NCBI GenBank assembly: GCA_001600695.1
Contig: BCKQ01000003.1
Span: forward strand, 505,731-528,001
From: Ascoidea asiatica JCM 7603
Lineage: Eukaryota > Fungi > Ascomycota
Length of the DNA stretch: 22,271 nt
Reading direction: 5' to 3'
Shown here one piece after another: positions 1-9,520 of this stretch. Made by a program: the position numbers and the translations under genes. How positions within the stretch are numbered: position 1 is the first letter of the stretch; the number at the start of each line of letters is the position of its first letter. The notes beneath the pieces are model-generated. The model saw only the letters and a program-made list of their open reading frames with translations, ran no database searches and was not told the origin of the DNA.

Positions 1-524
1 AGGCCAGGTTTCATATTCCACTTAAAATTGTGCGAAGTAATTATTAGTTCCTAGCTTTCTCTGCGTAACAAATAGCAGTTTGTAGAACAGGTGATGGCTT
101 GAAATGCATAACCGTTTCTAGAGAACAAAGTGAAGTCATGGGCATGATGAAGGGTAATTTATTACTGATTAGCTAGCAGAGGTTGATTGGCTACTCGCAC
201 AGCCGAATGTGGCAACTGACAGAAAATGCCCTTGAAGGTTGTATCAAACAGAAATTCTACTTGTATCTTCTATCAAATTGTATGTGGACAACACTAACTT
301 GTAGTTTGAGATTATAAGACGTAATTTCAACCCCAAATAGTACAGGTAGGAAGTGATGCTCTCCTTGATTTTGGACTTCCCAATAGCAACCGTTTTGCTA
401 TAGCTATGGCAAATAGCTAGCAAGATCTATAAGTTATATTTCTTGCAGATCAAGGTCCAAAGTAATATATATACAACTTGATTTCTCAATATTTTTTTAT
501 AAATTTTTACATAGAGATTATGGA
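1..524 (+). repeat. Left arm of window-terminal inverted repeat
   Basis: Base-by-base reverse-complement match to 21748-22271 (position i pairs with 22272-i), no indels, mismatches only at 342/21930 and 510/21762. Homology continues at ~78% (10 mismatches in 46 nt) over 525-570. Confidence 0.98.
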
Positions 525-795
525 CATAACTGAATATCAATTCTAATAATAAAAATAATATTCATCAAAATATTAATCGTGGGAAGGGATATCCTCTTTC
601 ATTTCAGGCAGCAAATAACAAGCCATATGCAATGCGTATGGAAAAGAGCTAGCAAGATTTAGCAGATATTTTTATTGCTGATCAAGCTGCAGATTACTAC
701 AAATTGATGTTGATTTCTCAATATTTTTCTATAAATATTTATAGTGAGATTATGGAAATAAATAAATATGAGTCGTAATAAGAATATTCAACAAA
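382..795 (+). repeat. Diverged direct duplication, offset 232 bp (~382-570 vs ~614-795)
   Basis: gctagcaagat occurs at 416 and 648, ttgatttctcaatattttt at 478 and 710, and gagattatgga in both copies. About 41 substitutions in 165 aligned nt with no indel, then a 6-nt indel. Confidence 0.9.
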
Positions 796-1699
796 ACACA
801 CTATGTATCTAAAGGGGGAACTATATTTCAATGGTTGGTAAAGGTCTAATTTAGGTGAATTAAGTTAAATGTTTTGGTCCTTTGTAAGCACATTAACATA
901 AAAAACCATAAATACCACTCATATGGAAAATAGTGGAACTGAATTAGGAAATAAAAGTATTTTCACAATAAAAATAAGTTGATACTGTGAGAAAAATGCC
1001 TGTACCATATACAAGTTTAATTAGTTGTTCTTTTACTACTATCGTAAATACAATCTCCCCGAACACTTATCTGCCAATATGCTATTGAAAGTTTCTGGAA
1101 TAACAATTCATAATTTTTGGGAAGTAACATTTGTTGTTTTAATTGAATTAAAGTCAATCCTAGATTGGGCTGTGGACCAATTAATTATAGACATTTGTAG
1201 AATACTCCAAATTGACAGAACCTATTGGAATACAAGACAAAAAAAAAGTTTGGAATAGAACTAAGGCGGCTCAAGCAACCTAAATACGGTTCAAAAGTTT
1301 AGCAAAACCTTTTTAAAAATTCATTTGACAAACGCAAAAAAATTCACCGTCGTAAAGATTTAAGTATAATAACATTAATTTAATTGTGAAATCGTTTACT
1401 GAGTTTGATAACCAAGCGTGAACTGTGCTCTCGGTTAACTGATAATTAATAATTTGGTTAATAAAAATAAAATAGCTAAAGCAACATTAACAGATAACGA
1501 GAGTAAACATGAACTTAAAAATTATTATCAGATATTTTTCTTTTGTTTTTATCTGAAAAATTGATAAAACTAGTCAGACAGGCAGTCGGTAACTATATTA
1601 CTAATAATGCTGTTTCGATTTGCTTCAATAATAATTGGATAATAGTAAAAATAATAATTGTGAGGGGAAAGTGGGCTTCGCAGTCAAACAGTGGCCCAA

Positions 1700-2620
1700 C
1701 GATTTCTCTGGGGAAAATTTTCCAATGGCAGTAACTCACCGTTGCCCAAAAACTCAATTCATAGTTGATTAAGCACTGTCGTTCAGGAATGGCTACAACC
1801 TGATCAAGGATGAAAAAAAATCACATTTACATCAAATCCTTTCAACAAAGTTAGATTTCCGAACTCGGAACCCCTATTTCAGGTCATTCTACCACGAAGT
1901 AGGCATTCAGCCTGTGAGGTGGTCGAGGGTACTACTAAATAGAAAACGTATTTTGTCAACAAGCTTTTGAACGATGGTGATGCTGGCACCCGATACACCA
2001 AAACTGGGTTTCTATTCTAATAATAAAGGCCTGGATCTGCATAAACTTATTCCTTGGAATAAATGGAACAGGAGTAGTTTAGGGGAAGTTTATTTGTTTC
2101 AATTAAAGATGTATTTACCAGTTTATAAGGCAAGTCCATCCAGCCACTTTTCTCTCTTTTGTTACTGTGCTTATGAGTAATCCAACGTGAACTAACTACC
2201 GGTAAACATTTTCTGCCGAAGCGCAACACGGATCGTATTCGGAGATATGTAAACATTCAGCAATGGTATTTGCTCCTGGTGGTATATTCCCATCATCGCA
2301 ACTTGATGCACACAAAAAACGGTGGCATCAAATAGTATTCTTGCGCAAAAGGGTACAGGTACAACAGTTCTTAAACTTGGTAGGTATTAGCTTCCTGAAA
2401 GAACGAGGTGCTCAACCGTGTTTGGCTATTTTGAAAACTAGTCGAATTAGAAAACTGAAATTTATTGTTAGAAAACCCAATGGAAAGTTGAAAAACTTGG
2501 TGGTATTCCTTCAGTTTACTGCACAACGCCATTTTAGACTGGCGGGGAAAATAAGTTGTCAAACAATTCCCAGAATTTCAACCATTCAGATGTTCTATAC
2601 GAATGGACCATAACGTTTAA
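1700..2620 (+). mobile_element. PIF/Harbinger (IS5-like DDE) transposase pseudogene
   Basis: Motifs read across frameshifts in the order expected for PIF transposases: FRM (~1782), SGHSTT (~1880), SLGEVY (degenerate CLGAID, ~2075), SAHD-RI (2220-2240), WYL..GG (~2264), KRWHQIVF (RYHLxEF-like, 2317-2340), degenerate ERxFGILKxR (~2415-2440), LLHNAI (2516-2533). Many stops and frameshifts; TIRs not confidently found. Confidence 0.72.
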
Positions 2621-3060
2621 AACCAATCTTTAAACATTTATTTCCAACCTTTCAAGTACTGATGCCACCCACATATTAAAGTTCTTGAAATAGTTTTCTT
2701 TTGTGAAATAAGTTAGTATTGGTTGTTAAAAACTTTGTATTATTACGTAGTATTGTGTGGTAGCATTGATTATGTTTTAGTACCTTGTGCAACTTTTCTT
2801 GAAAATATATATTATTGATATAAATAGTTCTTGTAGTAAATTATATAGTTTTAGATTTTAATTATGTGCAGATAGATCCAACAAAATATCAGATTTACTG
2901 ATCCTTAATTTATGTAGAACTTCTGTTAGAGTATATTGCTGCACATATCTCCGTCGTGATCGATGCTTTTCCGAGTTTATTTTTAACACTAGAAGTGGAG
3001 AAACTAAATGTTAGCGTGCATGTGACCAGTGTTTTCTTAATAAGGTCATAGAAACTTTTT

Positions 3061-3520
3061 TGTTGGCCTCAAATAGTTTAAAATTCAGGTTTTTTTCTAG
3101 GATAAATTAAAAAAATCTTGAAAGAAACAAAGCCTTACAAAGAGAACAACTACAAAAGTCACAAATGTAATATCTCTCAAGGGTCGGATGGCGCTGGCTG
3201 GGTTATTTGCTTGTAGCCTCTGAGTAAGCCTTATATAGTAAGGCTGGGAAGATCATCCGTACTCGGGAGCTCTCTAGCCACAAAATGTGGGCAATATCAT
3301 TTTTTCCCTCCAAAAACCCATAAGGTTGACTTTTCATATTGACCAAGCAAATAATTATTCTTATATTTATTTTGTCCTAACCTCCTTAAGTAGCAAGCAT
3401 CAAGCTATATTTGATTTAGCATTCAATATTATACATATTCACCTTAATGACCTTTCGGTATACATTAAGCTAATATAATATTAATGTAAAAACCAGTCAA
3501 ATATTTAAATTTTTTACCAG
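3061..3520 (-). mobile_element. Probable Ty1/copia 3' fragment: RNase H C-terminus, PPT and 3' LTR
   Basis: On the minus strand: degenerate NIA-D-(L)TK-LGQNK (~3370-3412), then purine tract GGAGGGAAAAAA (3311-3300) immediately followed by TG at 3299. The LTR-like segment has TATATAAGG (~3237-3229) and ends ...GGCCAACA at 3061. Confidence 0.45.
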
Positions 3521-5741
3521 GCTCTGTTAGGTAATAGTTTTGTAAGTAAAAAAACAAAATTGGAAACCTGATTATTATGAAATTGCAGAGAACCCATAAG
3601 ATTGAAGACACATTTGAGGGTAATCAATCATTTAATGAAGCTAGTAATTGAAAGGTAGGTTAGCAAGTAATCTAAGTTGTTATTAGCCCAAAGTTCTTAC
3701 CCGCACTTTAAGTTTTCATGAGACTTTCAAAACCAAATTTACCAATACGGGTCTAGCTACAGTAAGATTGATTTGGAAAGCTCAAAACATTTGCCACTTG
3801 GACAAAACCCAACCCGAAAATAGAAAGGAAAATTTAGTTCTTTAAAACCAAAATAAAAAGATAACAAGTAACCAGAACCGGAGCTCAAACCATGGACACC
3901 AGCGCCTCAGCTTTCGCGAAGTGCCACCACACAAAGGAACGGTTTACTTAAAAAAATAAAGAAAGGACTTTGTTCCAGCAGCTACAGGCAAAAGACTAAA
4001 TACCAAAACAATATTTTGAACTTTTCCTAGGTGCAACTTTTTATAAAATCGCTTTCTGTTTAAAACGAAGTAACATAAAAACTGGCATTAATTGAAGTTT
4101 CATAACTAACGTCAATATTATAAAAAATTAAATTTTAAATGGCTGACTAGATTTAAAAGCATTTCAGTAAAGAAGCTTATGAGGGTTTAGAGCTTCTACA
4201 GATGAATTTCAACCAAAAACCCTCCTGAATTTTAAAGTTAAAATGTTGATGCTGTCTAAATTTTTTTTTGCGAATACCTCTGTTGGCTGTAAAGGTCCAA
4301 TTAAAAATGCTAACGCTTCACTTAAAACTAGCAAACAATCTACCCCAACTAAATAAGATGTTGATTCATATTTTGTTATTTCTCAACATCAAAAGCAGCT
4401 TTCACTAGAGTTTGAAAAATTAAATAAAGGTCATTCAAAAAAGTGAAACTGCTCAAACTTCAGAACTCGATTTCGCGCTACAACTTAGTCCAAAAAACAA
4501 TTTGAAAAGCTTATTGTATTTTTTTTTTGAATGTTTTCTTTCACTAATCATTGCAAATAATTTGCTTTACAACTATTTTGCACTTTTGTACGTGTCCTTT
4601 TACAGTTTCCTCTTATAAATTTTCAACGCTATTCGACAACGAATATGAATATCATTTTGATAATATTGAAAATATGATTTCAAATGCAGATGGTATTTCT
4701 TCGACAACATATCTTTGGAGTTCTCCTAGTCAAATATCTATATTAGGTCTAAGAATTCAGTACTAAAATAATAAACTGAAGATTAAATAGTGCATCATTG
4801 CCTTTAAAACTGTCATGGAAGATATTCGGGTGCAAAATTGACGAGAAAATTAAGACTATAATGGTTACTGTTCATTTACAAAAAAAATTGGTTAGTATTA
4901 CAGTTTACAATGCTTTTACCAATTGTCTAATGTTTTGAACTGTTGGATCAATAGATATCTATATATGCTATGGCATATATTGGCTAAACAGCATATGTGG
5001 TGCACGTCCAAAACACATGTGTCTATACTGGATCTAATAGACTCTTGTATAATACAATAATATGTGCATACAATTATATATAGAGCTGCATATTTACCTT
5101 ATATATAGGTATCGTTTAATAAAGTTGCATTAAGTGTGCAATATTATTGTTACTATTGATATTTATTTATTTGCTTGATCTCTCTATAAAAGTTTAAATA
5201 AAAGTATTGAGATATCAAGCTTGATTTATTATAGTTTGGAGCTTAATCAGCAGGGACCCTATCTCATAAATCTTGTTGGCCATTTCGAATACGTATCGCA
5301 AATAGCTTCCTAGTTAGGACCCCTAAACCAAGGAACGTATCGCTTCCTAACTGCCATATTTGCTGGTATTACATTTCGTGATCTCACTCCACACGTTCGA
5401 ATTGACTACAGACACGTTGATAAAACCTATAAGTAGAATTCAGTTGATAGAATCTGGAAGGACTTTTCCATACCGTTGTAAGGTGTAGCCCACCTTACAA
5501 TAACAAGTTAGGTATTCCTAAAATATTTTTGTCAAACTTTTTATCAGACTTTTTTTTAACATATTCATTTTCAAAACACTTCTATGAGGCAACATGGAAA
5601 CTGTCTAGTAGGACTTTTATGTTTACCTTTTACTTTTCAAATTATTTCTACATTAAATATTTTTAAATTAATTTTTTTTCTTTTTTTCCTTTTTTATCCG
5701 AACTTTTTAGTCTTTTACAAATTATCTACTCGTAACCCTGG

Positions 5742-5970
5742 TTAACATTGGTGTCAAAATCTCTAACATTGGTATCAAATACTTTAATATTGGTATCAAA
5801 TACTTTAATATTAGCATCAAACTGTTTTTATATGAATATAAGAAAGTTAACACTGGTGACAAAATCTATAAAATTGGTATCAAATAGTTTAACATTGGTA
5901 TCGATTTGTTTTTATATATGTATCAGAAATTTTCAATTGGTATCAGAAACTTAATATTAGTATCAAAAAC
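5742..5970. repeat. 21-bp minisatellite, ~11 units (consensus ttaacattggtatcaaatact)
   Basis: Units start at 5742, 5763, 5784, 5805, 5826, 5847, 5868, 5889, 5910, 5931 and 5951. Reads as FDTN(I/V)Kx heptads on minus and LVSNTL(I/T) on plus. Confidence 0.95.
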
Positions 5971-6228
5971 TATCATATTACATTGTCCCTTAAATATGGT
6001 CTCAATTTGGTACGATCATATTTTTCCTCTATTTAAGCTACAATATTTCTTTTTCTTCTCTTCAAACATAATTTATTTTCGACATCAAATCAATTTCCAA
6101 TATGACTGACTTCATTATCTACATCAGTCTCAGAAACAATTAGCAAATTCAACTATAAGGTTAAACTATATAAGTTGCCAATCCTTGAATACTATTTCAT
6201 TAACAATACAACATCTTTTTTTATTGAC

Positions 6229-7109
6229 ATGGAATCAAACAATCAAGTTCATATTAAATCGGCAAGGGTTATATCCGAAATCATGATGATCAGTGCAAAT
6301 CATTTCCCAATATCAGTATATTTTGCAAAAGCTGATTTTTTTATTTCATACATTAATAATAAACTTTATTATCTAGGTACAAGCAGCCCGCTTTTACTAT
6401 CTGCCCTCAATCTTGTCAAAAAGATAATCCCTTATGTGATGGCAGAGGCTATCAAATATCCGTTTTTCTTTAACGCCACAAAAAATGAGCCTTTTCAAAA
6501 TATTCTTCATCTGCTCAATATATTATTATTGTACATTCCATTTTGTTTGGGGAAAAGGCTAGATGTATCTGTAATGAACACGATATCTCCCAAATAATTT
6601 GTGAACTAATATTACATCCCCTCAAATACTCCACGGAACATCGCTACTTAATTGTGGATGTTATGCAACATCAGGTGACTATTACGAGTATGCAGCAGGA
6701 CATTGTGAGTATTAAGGTTGTTGCTGAAAAAGGTGTGACAGCGGAATTCTTCAACAAAATACTTTCAGGCAATCCAACTCAATTAAACGGCTTAACAAAA
6801 TTACAAAAATTCCGTTTTTACTAACATACGGATGGTACCGTCCGTTATCACACGGTTAAGAAGGATGTTGGAAAATTGCTAAATAATCCAGAAACCTATA
6901 ACCAAGCCCTTCTACGTTTAATGGAAGCTGACTCTAATAAAAATACCATCCCTAAGGATCGTCTCTGGCGTATTATGAAACGTAAGAATTTCAATTTTAC
7001 AAAATCTGTCTTCGATTATTTATATACAGAATTTAATAATTTCACTGCCATATCTAGTAATACAAGTGATTCTGGGGATATTGAATTTATTGGTTTTTCT
7101 AGGTCTTAA
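6229..7109 (+). pseudogene. Near-intact orphan gene (~290 codons, one frameshift and one premature stop), product unknown
   Basis: ORF 6175-6597 (ATG at 6229) overlaps ORF 6543-6824, whose frame is open from ~6489. ORF 6876-7109 is in the same frame as 6543-6824, separated only by TAA at 6822-6824. A very AT-rich 3'UTR-like tract follows. Confidence 0.65.
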
Positions 7110-7339
7110 GTATATTTTTTTTACTATAAATTAACTCACTTTTTATTTATTTTTATCAATTTATATCAATCTTTTTAAATTATTAACTTTTACATTATTT
7201 TTTTACAATTAACATAATTCTATAGTTTTTCCAATAATCAATATTAAAATATTGGTTATTGCATTTTTAGTATATTATTATATTCATAAATTATTACTTA
7301 CTTTAAATTATATCTTTTTTTACTACTCACTTTTGGAAG

Positions 7340-8100
7340 TAGCTTTCAGTTGAGCCATTCACTCAAGTGGTATTACACCGTTAGTACAAACATTGGGCTG
7401 TCCTAGTGGCGAATCATCTTTTGCTAGCTAATCAGTAATCAATTGCGGCTCAGAGGCCCATAACGTCACCTTGGTCGCTAAGAAGAGTTATGCATCCCAA
7501 CATATAACGTCTTCTAGAACCTTGTATTACTGCCTCACAGAAAAATATCAACTAATTATTGAATCGCATAATTACTGATTGGAACATGAAGCCAGCCCTC
7601 TGGGTTGTCAGTATATCCGCATCACTGAGTGTACCGCAATCAAGTTCCAAGCCTCATGAATAACTAATCAGTTCCTTAATCAGGAGCAAAGTAATTAAAC
7701 TGTTAGCATCGTCATCGAACATTGTACCTCGAGCATAGTCTAAGTATGAGCATGTTGCATCTTCGTAAGATGTATATTGTTAAGGCATATTCACTGTTAA
7801 GCCTACGCCAGAGTTTTCAATACATGTTTAACATACGGACGTAAAACCCACTAGGACAGGACTCCCGAGGCCCATTCCTTGACGTTGATAGAATACTATT
7901 ACCGATACAATATCCGAACACGCTTTCCTTTGTCCCGGACTCATCATAGGTTCAAACCGTCTAAGCAGGGCTCTCACTACTAAGGCGTAGACCAAACTCA
8001 TTGCTCCAGGCTTGTGCCAGCAGACAAATATCACTTCAAGTGGTATTACCTGTAATCCCGGAGACTATGTCCCTTGACTGACCCATTTGTAATTTGATGA
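7340..8100 (-). pseudogene. Older paralog of the terminal-arm sequence; decayed gene with possible FAR1-like/MULE N-terminal region
   Basis: 7340-7599 aligns to ~22017-22271 (and to 1-255 reverse-complemented) at ~70%, e.g. tgctagctaatcagtaat at 7422 and 22094. Upstream minus-strand frames read SDICLLAQAWSNEFGLRLSSES...CPSGFYVRM...KLW and LSDADIL, reminiscent of FAR1/MULE DNA-binding regions. The homology is certain; the family is tentative. Confidence 0.55.
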
Positions 8101-9404
8101 TGGCAGCGCATTTTGTTAGATTTTTTGTGACTTTAGTAATAAATGTAAATAAAGCAAAACCAAATGAACGAAATATCCAAAACTTGATACCTCAAATTCA
8201 ATAAAAACTTTGCCCAACCCCTTGAGAGGCAACACAGAGATATTACCACCCTCGTCACCGGTAGCCCGTGATAAAACCTTAAGTCTACATCATACTAAAT
8301 GCCGATTTGCTAACATTTGTTTTTAGAAAAGCTGAAATTTTATTTCCAAAAGAACAATCAGTATGTACAAAAAGTTATTTATTTTATATATTATACGAAT
8401 AATACTGTGATTGCGTAAAACACTAAAGTCAGAAACCGGAAAATAAAAAAAGATCTAAAAGAGAAACAACAAAATTGGAGGATGCTTTATTTTGCACAGC
8501 TTACAATTTCAATCATTATTAACCCTGTACTTTAAGCAGATTAAACATAAGTGTGTATAATCACTTGGCTTATTAAATTATTTTTAATATAATCCTCCTA
8601 CTTGAAAGCAAGGAAGTTTTTCTAGCAGTAGGTGTAATTGACTTAAAACAAAGTTAATATGTTTTTTTTATGAAAGGTATGTTTTCTTTTATTTTGGCTG
8701 ACCAAAGTTTAACAGTCGACCTTTTCAAATAAAATTGAAAATCAGCTTTAATTGAATACCAATTTGAACTATGTTTTTTTATTTAATTTCAATATTCAAT
8801 GTGTCTTCTCTAGCCGTTCTCACCATTCTTTATAATGCTCAAAAATATTCTCACATTTCTTGAAATTGTATCAAATGTCCTTTGTCTCAAAATGAAAATT
8901 TTAAAAGAGTTCTTCCATTTTCGATTTAAGAATATTCCTATTCTCGTTTGAATGAAGATTTTTATAGTTTCTTTTTGAAATTAGTTTAGCTTCTTTAGTG
9001 TTCAACAAGTAAAACGGGAAGGAGTACTGTGCTTTGATGGAACTATTTCAGGCAATACTTTATGGGGGATCAATAATTGTATCCGAAGATACAGAAAATC
9101 TTGCATTCAAGTTAATAATTTTAATTGAATTATCCCCCCTTGCTGCTGATAAATAATTGTCGTTTACTTTGTAAGAACTGTTGTAGTGACAACTGAACAC
9201 GAACTAAATGTCATCGCAGAATGTTGCTAAGTTTAGACAGTCGTGCGTCTGTTGGCCGATATCGCACATGTCTCGCTGTGTTCTTGTGACTCATCCTTGT
9301 TTTGGTCGCAAAGCCCTACAAGTTAGTCTGTTTTAGTAATTGTGACTGTTTTTCGTTTTTCTATTGTATCACTGTGATTCTGAGGGCAATTCCAATTCGA
9401 GTTG

Positions 9405-9520
9405 CCTTTCGTTTCTTTCTTTCTTTCTCCTTCTCTCTTCCTTCCCCTCTCCCTTGCTTTCTCCTTTCCTTTTTCATCTCCTTCCCTTCTCACCTTCCGC
9501 TCTTTCCTCTCATCCCTGTC
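9405..9520 (-). repeat. Purine/pyrimidine-biased low-complexity tract encoding an E/R/K/G-rich stretch, within a longer decayed minus-strand coding remnant (~8760-10100)
   Basis: (C/T)-rich on plus. ORF 9323-9526(-) reads QDRDERKERKVRREGDEKGKEKARERGRKREGERKKE. Neighbouring minus frames are protein-like but stop-riddled (NSVESVNQVVDIMTRKVQALSTNILRINKKLST at ~9680-9810). Confidence 0.6.

Larger units (their letters stand above)
1..1260 (+). pseudogene. Decayed coding sequence entering from the left edge, possibly MULE/Mutator-derived with SWIM relic
   Basis: Frame 1 (LCEVIISS*LSLRNK*QFVEQVMA*NA*PFLENKVKSWA, frameshift, FITD*LAEVDWLLAQPNV) aligns codon-wise with the minus-strand copy at 7340-7599, with many synonymous and conservative changes. 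1023-1075 reads, allowing small deletions, SCS(C)YYYRKYNLP(C)EHLSA, resembling a SWIM CxCxnCxH finger. Family assignment is inference. Confidence 0.4.

Noticed and set aside
4140-4770. Protein-like plus-strand frames (FANTSVGCKGPIKNANASLKTSKQSTPTK...)
   Set aside because: Multiple stops and frameshifts and no recognisable motif, so no call is supported.
4941-5594. Solo LTR (TGTTGG...GCAACA with TATA-like and AATAAA motifs)
   Set aside because: Flanking 5-mers (tgaac/tggaa) are not a convincing TSD and there is no second copy in the window. Plausible but unsupported.
5742-5970. CRISPR array
   Set aside because: Units are head-to-tail with no unique spacers, there are no cas genes, and the context is eukaryotic.
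7363-8049. 14-bp direct repeat tcaagtggtattac at 7363 and 8036
   Set aside because: About one such match is expected by chance in 22 kb, and it does not bound a recognisable unit.
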